Below are positions 48,509 to 56,635 of a stretch of DNA of 64,000 nucleotides, one piece after another; position 1 is the first letter of the stretch, and each line of letters begins with the position of its first letter. The notes beneath the pieces are model-generated. The model saw only the letters and a program-made list of their open reading frames with translations. It searched no databases and had not been told where the DNA came from. The stretch covers positions 1,536,001 to 1,600,000 of the forward strand of contig CAXXOA010000001.1 in assembly GCA_963666275.2 (NCBI GenBank), in the 5' to 3' direction. Both the position numbers and the translations under genes were made by a program. Source of the DNA: Oceanispirochaeta sp. GTDB lineage: Bacteria > Spirochaetota > Spirochaetia > DSM-2461.

Positions 48509-49627
48509 ATGCTGACAATACAACATAAAGATACAGATACCAGGGCCCGGACAGGAATTATGCATCTGCCCCATGGAGATGTGGAAGTTCCCGCATTTAT
48601 GCCTGTCGGAACAAACGGAACTGTGAAAGCCATAAAACACAGGGATGTGGATGAGATGGGATATACCCTGATTCTGGGGAATACCTATCATCTCTATCTC
48701 AGACCGGGGATGGAAGTTATAAAACAGTCCGGAGGGCTTCATGAATTCAGTTCCTGGAAGCATAACATTCTGACTGATTCCGGTGGATTTCAGGTTTTTT
48801 CTCTGGCCACTTTCCGAAAAATCAAAGAGGAAGGTGTCCGTTTCAGGTCCCATATTGACGGAGCCTATCATGTCTTTACCCCTGAAAGTGTAGTAGAGAT
48901 TCAGGAAGCCTTCGGCAGCGATATCCAGATGGCTCTGGATGTTTGTACTCCCCCGGATATTAGCCATAAAGACGCTCTGGAAGCTCTGAGGATCACCACA
49001 AACTGGGCCAAACGGGCCCGTAAACGCTGGGATGAGCGCAAAGAGGGGTATGAAGGAAAACTTTTCGGCATCATACAGGGGAACTTCTATGAAGATCTCA
49101 GAAAAAGGAGCGCCGAAGAAATTCTCGAACTGGATACTCCGGGTATTGCCATCGGAGGACTGTCCGTTGGGGAACCGCCGGAAATGTTCCGCGACTATCT
49201 CCATTATACCGCACAGTTTCTCCCTGAGGAAAAACCCCGCTATGTCATGGGAATCGGTACTCCCGATTACATGCTGGAGGCTGTTGAAGCGGGAATTGAT
49301 ATGTTTGACTGCGTCTATCCCACCAGAATCGCCCGGAACGGGACCTGTTTTACTCAGGAAGGGCTGATCGCACTGAAAAATGAGAAGTTCCGTCTGGATA
49401 CGACGCCCATTGACCCCAGCTGTGACTGCGAAGTCTGCCGGAACTACAGCCGTTCCTATCTGCGGCACCTTTTTAAAGCCAAGGAGATCCTGGGGCCTAT
49501 GCTTGTGACCCAGCATAATCTTCATTTTCTCTACCGGTTCATGGAAGAGGTCAGGGCATCAATCCGGGAAAACCGCTTCAGAGCCTATAAACAGGACTTT
49601 CTGAAACGCTACGGAAAGGGTCTGTAA
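48509..49627 (+). CDS. tgt: tRNA-guanine transglycosylase
   Basis: FMPVGT, NTYHL, TDSGGFQ, GGLSVGE, DMFDCV, CDCEVC zinc site. Confidence 0.98.
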   Translation: MLTIQHKDTDTRARTGIMHLPHGDVEVPAFMPVGTNGTVKAIKHRDVDEMGYTLILGNTYHLYLRPGMEVIKQSGGLHEFSSWKHNILTDSGGFQVFSLATFRKIKEEGVRFRSHIDGAYHVFTPESVVEIQEAFGSDIQMALDVCTPPDISHKDALEALRITTNWAKRARKRWDERKEGYEGKLFGIIQGNFYEDLRKRSAEEILELDTPGIAIGGLSVGEPPEMFRDYLHYTAQFLPEEKPRYVMGIGTPDYMLEAVEAGIDMFDCVYPTRIARNGTCFTQEGLIALKNEKFRLDTTPIDPSCDCEVCRNYSRSYLRHLFKAKEILGPMLVTQHNLHFLYRFMEEVRASIRENRFRAYKQDFLKRYGKGL

Positions 49628-49628
49628 A

Positions 49629-51188
49629 TTGAAAGAACCCACCAGGCGGCAGAGCCTCCTTTCCACGATCGCTGTTATGAGCGGGACCCTGGGGTCCCGT
49701 ATCCTGGGGTTTGTCCGTATCGCTCTGATCAGTATGTTTTTCGGAGCCCGGGGGGAGGCGGATGTTTTGAATGCGGTATTCAACATTCCCAATAACTTCC
49801 GGAAGCTGCTGGCCGAAGGGGCCCTCTCTTCGGCCTATATTCCCGAACTGTCCCGGCAGATCCAGGAGGATCCCTCGGAAAAACAGGCAAAACTTCTGAA
49901 CCGGAATATACTGGCTCTTCAGCTGATCATTCTGATTCCCCTCTCTCTGGTCTGCATCTTCTTTCCGGCGGCGGTGCTTAAAATCTTTGTCCGTTTTCCC
50001 GATCCGGAGATGACGCTTCTGGCAATCCGGCTTTTCCGCTGGCTGTTTCACTATATTCTTCTTATCAGTGTGAATGCTGTCCTGATGGCTGTTTTAAACT
50101 CCCATAATCTTTTTCTGATCCCTGCGGTTTCTCCGCTGCTGTTTTCCATTTCAGTGATCGCCTCCATTGTGATCTGGCACTCCGCTCTGGGGATTTTTTC
50201 CATGGTTATCGGCGTTCTGGGAGGAGGACTCGCCCAGATCCTCTGGCAGTATCCCCTCTACCGGAAAATGGGGTACTCCCTGATCCCCCGGGTCGATTTC
50301 AGAAGCCCTCCCTTCCGGAGGGTTATGAAACACTGGGTTCCGGTGCTGATCACATCTTCTATATTTACGATTAATCAGCAGGTGGCTATCCTTCTGGCGA
50401 CGGGGCTCTCCCAGGGAAGCACTACAGCTCTGAGCAATGCGATCGTTTTCTGGCAGCTCCCTTTCGGAATCTTTTCAGCCTCCATCACCACTGTGCTCTT
50501 TCCTAAAATGAGCCGACTGGCCGGCGCCGGGGAGTGGGACAGGCTCTCTCGGGCTATGCAGGACGGAATCCATGTGCTGGGGATGCTTTTGATTCCCTCG
50601 TCAATTCTGCTGATTCTCTTCGGCCCCGAGCTGATTTCAACGGCCCTGCAGAGAGGGGAGTTCCTTCCTGAAGACTCTCTGCTGACCGCCAGGGTGCTGG
50701 CTGCCTACTGCCCCGGAATGCTTTTTGTGGGTATTTACAATCTTTTTCAGAGATCTTTCTACTCAAGGGGAGATTACAGGTTTCCCCTGTATACAGCGGC
50801 AGTGATCGTTGTTACGGATATTTCACTGTCCCTCCTTTTTCTCAGGGCGGGTTACGGAGTAACCAGCCTGGCCTGGGCCAATTCCCTGGCCATGATTGCG
50901 GGGGCGATTATCCTGTGGAGCGGAGCTGTTAAAAGGGTGATCACATTCCGCCGGGGAGAAATGCTCAGGCATTTCGGGAAAGTCCTGGTTTCGCAGATCC
51001 CCATGGTGGCCCTTGTCCTTCTGCTGAAGAAGATCGTCTCTCCCTCCCTGTTTACCAGGGGGAGCAGCTGGGGGAATCTGGGAATCCTCGCTGTGGAAGG
51101 AGTCCTCTCCCTGCTGGTGCTCTTCCTTTTTTATTCTTTAATGAAACTGGATATCACGTCGATCCTTAAAAAAAGGAGAAAGGGGTAA
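49629..51188 (+). CDS. murJ: Lipid II flippase MurJ (MviN)
   Basis: SRILGFVR, IPNNFRKLLAEGALS, QLPFGIF, FYSRGD; multi-TM. Confidence 0.95.
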   Translation: MKEPTRRQSLLSTIAVMSGTLGSRILGFVRIALISMFFGARGEADVLNAVFNIPNNFRKLLAEGALSSAYIPELSRQIQEDPSEKQAKLLNRNILALQLIILIPLSLVCIFFPAAVLKIFVRFPDPEMTLLAIRLFRWLFHYILLISVNAVLMAVLNSHNLFLIPAVSPLLFSISVIASIVIWHSALGIFSMVIGVLGGGLAQILWQYPLYRKMGYSLIPRVDFRSPPFRRVMKHWVPVLITSSIFTINQQVAILLATGLSQGSTTALSNAIVFWQLPFGIFSASITTVLFPKMSRLAGAGEWDRLSRAMQDGIHVLGMLLIPSSILLILFGPELISTALQRGEFLPEDSLLTARVLAAYCPGMLFVGIYNLFQRSFYSRGDYRFPLYTAAVIVVTDISLSLLFLRAGYGVTSLAWANSLAMIAGAIILWSGAVKRVITFRRGEMLRHFGKVLVSQIPMVALVLLLKKIVSPSLFTRGSSWGNLGILAVEGVLSLLVLFLFYSLMKLDITSILKKRRKG

Positions 51189-51191
51189 TTC

Positions 51192-52625
51192 ATGACTTTC
51201 AGAATCTTTTTCTTTCTGTTCATTCTGTTTTTTTCGGTTCTGTCTCTCCCGGCACAAACAGAGGGGGCCTCAGATGCCGCAGGAACCGCTGATGAGACTG
51301 CGGGCAGTGAAGAGAAAGATTCTGCCGAAGAGGAACAGCAGAAACTGATAGAATCCCTGAATGAGAAAAAAAGGGATACCCTCAGATACGGCATAGATTC
51401 GGAAGTCCTGGATGTGATCAGTACGATCCGCTCGGAAAACGACAGTTCCTTCAACGAAGACCTGGAACAGCTCCTTTCAGAAAACAATAATCCTGAAATC
51501 AATAGAGCCATATTTGATTTTTTCAGCCATATAGAATCAGATGCAGGACGGGATAAGGCTATTCAGCTGGTACAGGATCATCTTGACGATTACGAGTTCA
51601 GTACAAATCTGATCCTTTCGGCTGTTTCCTATCTGGGACAGATGAAAGTCTCTGACGCGGGTGAACTCTTTTATGAAATGATTCATGACAATAATAAGAG
51701 TCTGGCCGGAGCCGCCCTGAGGGGGATTGGAAAACTGGAGGATCCCTCCAGAGCGGAAGAAATTCTCCAGCTCTTCAGAGACAATGAAGGGGACAGCGAT
51801 TTCGAGGATATTCTCGCCTCGGCCATTCTTGTTCTGGGGGATCTGGGATATTCCGAAGCCGCGGAACTTTTTGAAGAGATCCTTCAGGATGAGGATTCTC
51901 CTACTGTCCACAGACAGTATGCCGCTGTCTCTCTGGGGAAGCTGAAGCAGGATGAAGGCTTTGAAATCCTCAAGGAGCAGTACAGGATTCTGGAGGACAG
52001 CAACCTCCGGTCCTATGTGCTCAAAGGGCTGACAGAATACGATCGGAGCGAACTGGATTCGCTGCTTATATCCGCTCTGCGGGACTCTTTCTGGCGGATC
52101 CGTGTGGCCGCCTGCGAAGGCCTTGCCTCCCGGAAGGTGGAGGACGCGGCGGATATTCTTATCTATAAAGCGGAAAACGATCCGGTCAGGCAGGTGCGGT
52201 ATTCGGCTCTTAGCACCCTGGGGGAGCTTTCCGGAGAAAATGCCTCCTCTTTTATTCTGAAACAGTTTGAAGGGGAGAGGATCCCCTTTGATATCCGGTC
52301 AAAGGCTCTGGATATCATGATGAGTAAAAAACTTCCCGGGACAATTGAAAGCCTCCATACGGTTCTGGATGAGAAACTTGAAAAAGATAAAGACAATGAA
52401 CTGGGCCCTTTCTGTAAAACACTCTCGACCACACAGTGGACCGAACTGAAACCATTCTATGACGCCATGCTGGATAATGCGGATTTTATTGTGCGTATAT
52501 ACGGTATCCGGGGGATCAAGATCAATGGGCTCAGTGAGCTCAAAGCCCGTGTGGAGGGACTGGATAATGAGAATCAGCCTGTCAATGTGAGAAGGGAAGT
52601 AAAGGCCGCCCTGGAGGCTCTCTAG
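51192..52625 (+). CDS. Exported HEAT-repeat protein
   Basis: Signal peptide; repeats such as LRDSFWRIRVAACEGL, DPVRQVRYSALSTLG. Confidence 0.85.
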   Translation: MTFRIFFFLFILFFSVLSLPAQTEGASDAAGTADETAGSEEKDSAEEEQQKLIESLNEKKRDTLRYGIDSEVLDVISTIRSENDSSFNEDLEQLLSENNNPEINRAIFDFFSHIESDAGRDKAIQLVQDHLDDYEFSTNLILSAVSYLGQMKVSDAGELFYEMIHDNNKSLAGAALRGIGKLEDPSRAEEILQLFRDNEGDSDFEDILASAILVLGDLGYSEAAELFEEILQDEDSPTVHRQYAAVSLGKLKQDEGFEILKEQYRILEDSNLRSYVLKGLTEYDRSELDSLLISALRDSFWRIRVAACEGLASRKVEDAADILIYKAENDPVRQVRYSALSTLGELSGENASSFILKQFEGERIPFDIRSKALDIMMSKKLPGTIESLHTVLDEKLEKDKDNELGPFCKTLSTTQWTELKPFYDAMLDNADFIVRIYGIRGIKINGLSELKARVEGLDNENQPVNVRREVKAALEAL

Positions 52626-52629
52626 TCGG

Positions 52630-53082
52630 TTATTCCTGGCCGGGATTCAACAGCAGGGAGTATTCGCTGGTGGACAGGCTCGAATTATCCTCTTTCGGGT
52701 TATCCAGATTGTTTCTGATCTCTTTCCGTATCTCCTGAATATCCTGTAGATGCCTGGCCATGCTGCGTTTTATATCGGGGAATTTCTCTTTTTCCTCTTC
52801 AGTGAAAAACGAGGGTTTCTCCAGAACCGCTTCCTGCAGCTCTGTCAGTTTCTTTTTCAGCTTCTGTACGGAAAAAAGATAGTCCTTTCGGCGGATCAGG
52901 TAGGGATTCTCCTTCAGAAGCTTATAGTGCCGGCTGAGAAGGGTATCTATGAAGAAGAGATCCTCCAGCAGCTTGGCGGAAAAGAAATCTTTATCGATGG
53001 ATAGTTTCAACCCGTTTTTCAGTCTGGTAATATCTGTGAGAAGATAAAAAAGATTATCCTCGTAATGGACTTTTTCACTCAT
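52630..53082 (-). CDS. Hypothetical helical protein
   Basis: 150-aa ORF with AGGAG RBS; no family recognised. Confidence 0.7.
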   Translation of the reverse strand: MSEKVHYEDNLFYLLTDITRLKNGLKLSIDKDFFSAKLLEDLFFIDTLLSRHYKLLKENPYLIRRKDYLFSVQKLKKKLTELQEAVLEKPSFFTEEEKEKFPDIKRSMARHLQDIQEIRKEIRNNLDNPKEDNSSLSTSEYSLLLNPGQE

Positions 53083-53111
53083 ATCTCAAAACTCCTGCGT
53101 TTCTGCTATAT

Positions 53112-53139
53112 GTTTCGGCATAATGAGAAGTTACCTTGA
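53112..53139 (-). promoter_or_regulatory. sigma28-like promoter for 52630-53082
   Basis: Minus strand TCAA, 16 nt, GCCGAAAC. Confidence 0.5.
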
Positions 53140-53164
53140 CATCAATCAGGCAATATGCTAATTT
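53136..53164 (+). promoter_or_regulatory. sigma70-type promoter of rpsF-ssb-rpsR
   Basis: TTGACA, 17 nt, TAATTT preceded by TGn. Confidence 0.7.
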
Positions 53165-53170
53165 TTCACA

Positions 53171-53223
53171 GCCTCTTTATTTACTCCGTTGGAGTAAATC
53201 ACTAAGTCCACAAGGAGGATATA
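53171..53223 (+). promoter_or_regulatory. S6:S18-type ribosomal protein leader
   Basis: CCTCTT pairs with the SD AAGGAGG; inner hairpin ATTTACTCC-gtt-GGAGTAAAT; unpaired CCA (CCR motif) just before the SD. Confidence 0.7.
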
Positions 53224-53505
53224 ATGAGATCCTACGAATTTACAGCCGTTTTCCGGGTAAAGGAAGACAATTATTCTACCGGTCTGAAAGCTGTCAAAGA
53301 CATTTTTCAGAAAAACGGCGCTACCATTGCTTCAGAAGAAGACATGGGTGACAGACCACTGGCGTATGTCGTTAAGAAGGAAGAACGCGGTCACTACCAT
53401 CTTTTGAATGTTGAAGCAGATCCCGCAGTAATCCTTAAGATAGAAGAAGCTCTTAAACTTACCAATCAGCTTCTCAAGTATCTCTTTGTAAAAAAAGAGA
53501 AATAA
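53224..53505 (+). CDS. rpsF: 30S ribosomal protein S6
   Basis: MRSYE, MGDRPLAYVVKK..RGHY. Confidence 0.95.
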   Translation: MRSYEFTAVFRVKEDNYSTGLKAVKDIFQKNGATIASEEDMGDRPLAYVVKKEERGHYHLLNVEADPAVILKIEEALKLTNQLLKYLFVKKEK

Positions 53506-53523
53506 TCATCAGGAGGAGTTCCC

Positions 53524-54006
53524 ATGGCAGAAGATCTGAATAGAGTCATCCTGGTCGGAAGGCTAACGAGAGATGCAGAACTGCAGTATACCAACAGCGG
53601 CTGGGCCATTACTAAAATGGGCCTTGCCTGTAACCGCCGGAGAAAACAGGGTGATCAATGGGTTGATGAGGCAAACTTTTTTGATATAACCCTTTTTGGA
53701 AAGCGGGGAGAATCCCTGAGCCAGTACCTTCAGAAAGGTCAGCAGATCGCCGTAGAGGGTCAGCTGAAACAGGATCGCTGGGAGCAGGATGGTATCAAGA
53801 GAAGCAAAGTTGTAGTGGAAGCTACAAATATTCAGCTTCTCGGCGGTAGAGGCGAGCGTTCCGGAAATGATGATTATTCTTATCAGGGACAGCAGCAGGG
53901 AGCACCGGCACAGAGAAATTCTCAGCCATTCGAGTCGTATAATCCCGGACCATCCAGAAAGGATAACGGTCCGACCGAGCGGTTTGAGGATGACATTCCA
54001 TTTTAA
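53524..54006 (+). CDS. ssb: Single-stranded DNA-binding protein
   Basis: LNRVILVGRLTRDAEL, KGQQIAVEG, C-terminal DDIPF. Confidence 0.98.
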   Translation: MAEDLNRVILVGRLTRDAELQYTNSGWAITKMGLACNRRRKQGDQWVDEANFFDITLFGKRGESLSQYLQKGQQIAVEGQLKQDRWEQDGIKRSKVVVEATNIQLLGGRGERSGNDDYSYQGQQQGAPAQRNSQPFESYNPGPSRKDNGPTERFEDDIPF

Positions 54007-54021
54007 CGAGGTATAATTATT

Positions 54022-54312
54022 ATGTCTGAAGATACAAGAGCAACTGAACAGGGTAATTCCGGTCAGGACAGAGGCGATAGACCTTCTTCCAGACCCAGAA
54101 GAACATATTACAAGAAAAAAGTCTGCAAGTTCTGTACTAACAAACTTGAAGTGGATTACAAGAAACCCGATTCACTGAGACGTTTCATCACTGAAAGAGG
54201 TAAGATCCTTCCCAGAAGAATTACCGGAACCTGTGCAAAGCATCAGAGAATGCTGACCACTGAGGTTAAAAGATCCAGAGCCCTCGCTCTGCTTCCTTAC
54301 GTAACAAAATAA
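54022..54312 (+). CDS. rpsR: 30S ribosomal protein S18
   Basis: [26 protein letters not shown]. Confidence 0.98.
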   Translation: MSEDTRATEQGNSGQDRGDRPSSRPRRTYYKKKVCKFCTNKLEVDYKKPDSLRRFITERGKILPRRITGTCAKHQRMLTTEVKRSRALALLPYVTK

Positions 54313-54422
54313 GGAAATTCAGTGAACTAAAAAATCCTCTGCCCGCCTGAAACTTCAAAGGAATGCAGGTCCGAAAGAGGTGAATCTGTTGTAATACAGA
54401 ATATTTGACAAGGAGTAGATCC

Positions 54423-54890
54423 ATGAAGATTATATTAAATCAGGATATCGCTAACCTTGGAGAAGAGGGAGATATCAAAGTTGTAGCCGACGGTTACGCT
54501 AGAAACTACCTTATTCCCCGCAAAATGGCGGTTACCTATAACAAACAGAATCTCAATATGTTTGAACAGAAAAAACTCTCTATTGAGAAGAGAAAAGAAG
54601 AAAAACGAAAAGATGCCATGAGCCTGAAAGAGAAACTCGGTCAGCAGGAAATTGTTATTTCCATGTCTGCCGGTGAAAAGGGTAAACTTTTCGGAGCAGT
54701 TACCGCTTCCACTATCGTAGAGGAACTGGTAAAACTCGGAATTTCTGTTGAAAAGAAAAACATTGATGTTCCTGAACACTCCATCAAACTTGTTGGAACC
54801 TATACTGTTAAGGTAAAACTTTACGGTGGTGAGACAGCAGATCTGAAAGTGACTGTTAACGCTGCAGAACAGGCAGCAGACGCAGAATAA
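54423..54890 (+). CDS. rplI: 50S ribosomal protein L9
   Basis: MKIIL, LG..GD..V.DGYARNYLIP, KLFGAVT; ATG at 54423 after AAGGAG. Confidence 0.97.
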   Translation: MKIILNQDIANLGEEGDIKVVADGYARNYLIPRKMAVTYNKQNLNMFEQKKLSIEKRKEEKRKDAMSLKEKLGQQEIVISMSAGEKGKLFGAVTASTIVEELVKLGISVEKKNIDVPEHSIKLVGTYTVKVKLYGGETADLKVTVNAAEQAADAE

Positions 54891-54900
54891 TCAGGACTTT

Positions 54901-56241
54901 ATGGATAATATATCCTTAAAGGATAAAGTGCCCCCGTACAATGAGGAAGCGGAAGCTGCCGTACTGGGGGCTCTTCTTATTAATTTCTCCCTGGATAATC
55001 TGGATACGGTCAGAATGTATCTGGGACCGGGAGATTTTTTTAAATCAGCCAACCAGAAAATTTTCAATGCCATCGAAACTCTTGAAAAAAAGGGTTCCGG
55101 TGTTGACCTTCTCACAGTCACAGAAGAACTTAAAAGCCAGGGGCTTCTTGAGAGATCCGGCGGCGTCGGTTATATTGCCGAGCTGACATCTTCTGTTCCG
55201 ACTACCGCTAACATCGGGTATTATTCAAAAATAGTCCAGGAAACCAGTATCAGAAGGAAGCTTCTGAATATCGGTGCGGAAATTCATGCTCAGGCTCACA
55301 ACGATTCTCTTGAAACCAGCGAAATTGTTGAAGATATAGAGCGGAAAGTTTTTGAAATCAATGATCAGAGATCCGTGGATTCCATGAAATCTGCGGGTGA
55401 TGTTATTAAAGAAGCCATATATGCCATTGAGCAGCGTTACTCCCAGAAAGGGGATTTCACGGGAATCCCTTCGGGTTTTGATGAACTGGACAGCATGACC
55501 ACAGGTTTTCAGAGTTCTGAAATGATTGTCATCGGTGCCCGTCCGTCTGTTGGTAAAACCGCTTTTGCTCTGACCCTGGCAGCGAATGTGGCTATAAAAA
55601 AGAAAATTCCCTGCGGGTTTTTTACCCTGGAAATGACGACTCTGTCAGTTATGCAGAGGCTCCTTTCCATTCAGGCTAATATACACTCCAATAAGATACG
55701 TACAGGTCTCCTCAAACCCTCGGACTTCAATAGTCTGACAGACGCTGCCAGTCATATCTATGAGGCACCTCTGTGGATCGATGATACTCCCAATATGAAG
55801 CTCCTGGACCTCCGGTCCCAGGCAAGGCGTATGGTGAGCAAATTCGGGGTTAAAATCATTTTTATCGACTATCTCGGTCTGATCACCTTTGAAGATAAAA
55901 GGATTCCCAGGCATGAACAGATGTCTGAAGTCAGCCGTTCCCTGAAGGCCCTGGCCCGGGAACTGGAAGTTCCGGTTGTCGCTCTTTCACAGGTGGGAAG
56001 ACAGACAGAGGGAAAGGCTCCGGGACTGGCAGACCTGAGGGAATCCGGAGCTATTGAGCAGGATGCTGACATGGTAATGTTTCTTCATCGTGACAGGGGG
56101 ATTGACAATTCGGAAGGTCCGCCTGAAAATATAGAGACAGAGTTGATCATTGCCAAACAGAGAAATGGTCCCGTTGGTGTTGTTAAGATGGCTTTTATAC
56201 CGCATTTTACCAAATTTGTGCCGCTGGCCCATACGAACTGA
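54901..56241 (+). CDS. dnaB: Replicative DNA helicase
   Basis: ARPSVGKT, IDYL, SRSLKALAREL, DLRESGAIEQDAD, KQRNGP. Confidence 0.98.
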   Translation: MDNISLKDKVPPYNEEAEAAVLGALLINFSLDNLDTVRMYLGPGDFFKSANQKIFNAIETLEKKGSGVDLLTVTEELKSQGLLERSGGVGYIAELTSSVPTTANIGYYSKIVQETSIRRKLLNIGAEIHAQAHNDSLETSEIVEDIERKVFEINDQRSVDSMKSAGDVIKEAIYAIEQRYSQKGDFTGIPSGFDELDSMTTGFQSSEMIVIGARPSVGKTAFALTLAANVAIKKKIPCGFFTLEMTTLSVMQRLLSIQANIHSNKIRTGLLKPSDFNSLTDAASHIYEAPLWIDDTPNMKLLDLRSQARRMVSKFGVKIIFIDYLGLITFEDKRIPRHEQMSEVSRSLKALARELEVPVVALSQVGRQTEGKAPGLADLRESGAIEQDADMVMFLHRDRGIDNSEGPPENIETELIIAKQRNGPVGVVKMAFIPHFTKFVPLAHTN

Positions 56242-56255
56242 GAAAAGAGGTGCCT

Positions 56256-56555
56256 ATGAACTTTCAGGAAATTTACGGTCTGGATGAAATAAAAAATGAA
56301 GTGGAAGAGGCTGCTTTTGAAGAACTTGAAAAGCAGCTGAAAGCTATCCCGGATGAAGATATCTGTAAATGTAAGGATTGTGTGCAGGATATGGCCTGTT
56401 ACGCCCTGAATCAGATCAGACCCCGCTATGCCGTGTCCCTTCTGGGAGCCTTATATACAAAAGCTGAAACTGAAAAACATAATGATGATTTTCAGAACAT
56501 TATCGGGAAGGCTATCGAAAAGATCAGCCAGAACCCCTTTCACAGTAAATCCTGA
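56256..56555 (+). CDS. comFB: ComFB family protein
   Basis: N..EE, CKCKDC..D...ALN...PRY, I..NP.H; ATG after AGAGG. Confidence 0.85.
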   Translation: MNFQEIYGLDEIKNEVEEAAFEELEKQLKAIPDEDICKCKDCVQDMACYALNQIRPRYAVSLLGALYTKAETEKHNDDFQNIIGKAIEKISQNPFHSKS

Positions 56556-56568
56556 TCTGAAAGGATAT

Positions 56569-56608
56569 AAAAAAAAACGGAATTCCCATGGGAATTCCGT
56601 TTTTTTTT
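56569..56608. terminator. Bidirectional terminator, perfect 40-bp palindrome
   Basis: A9-CGGAATTCCCATGGGAATTCCG-T9 between convergent genes. Confidence 0.85.
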
Positions 56609-56635
56609 GGACTGAAAGCCTACAGTCAATGCAGT

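Noticed and set aside
48419..49525. 368-aa antisense ORF over tgt
   Set aside because: Shadow ORF with no recognisable domain
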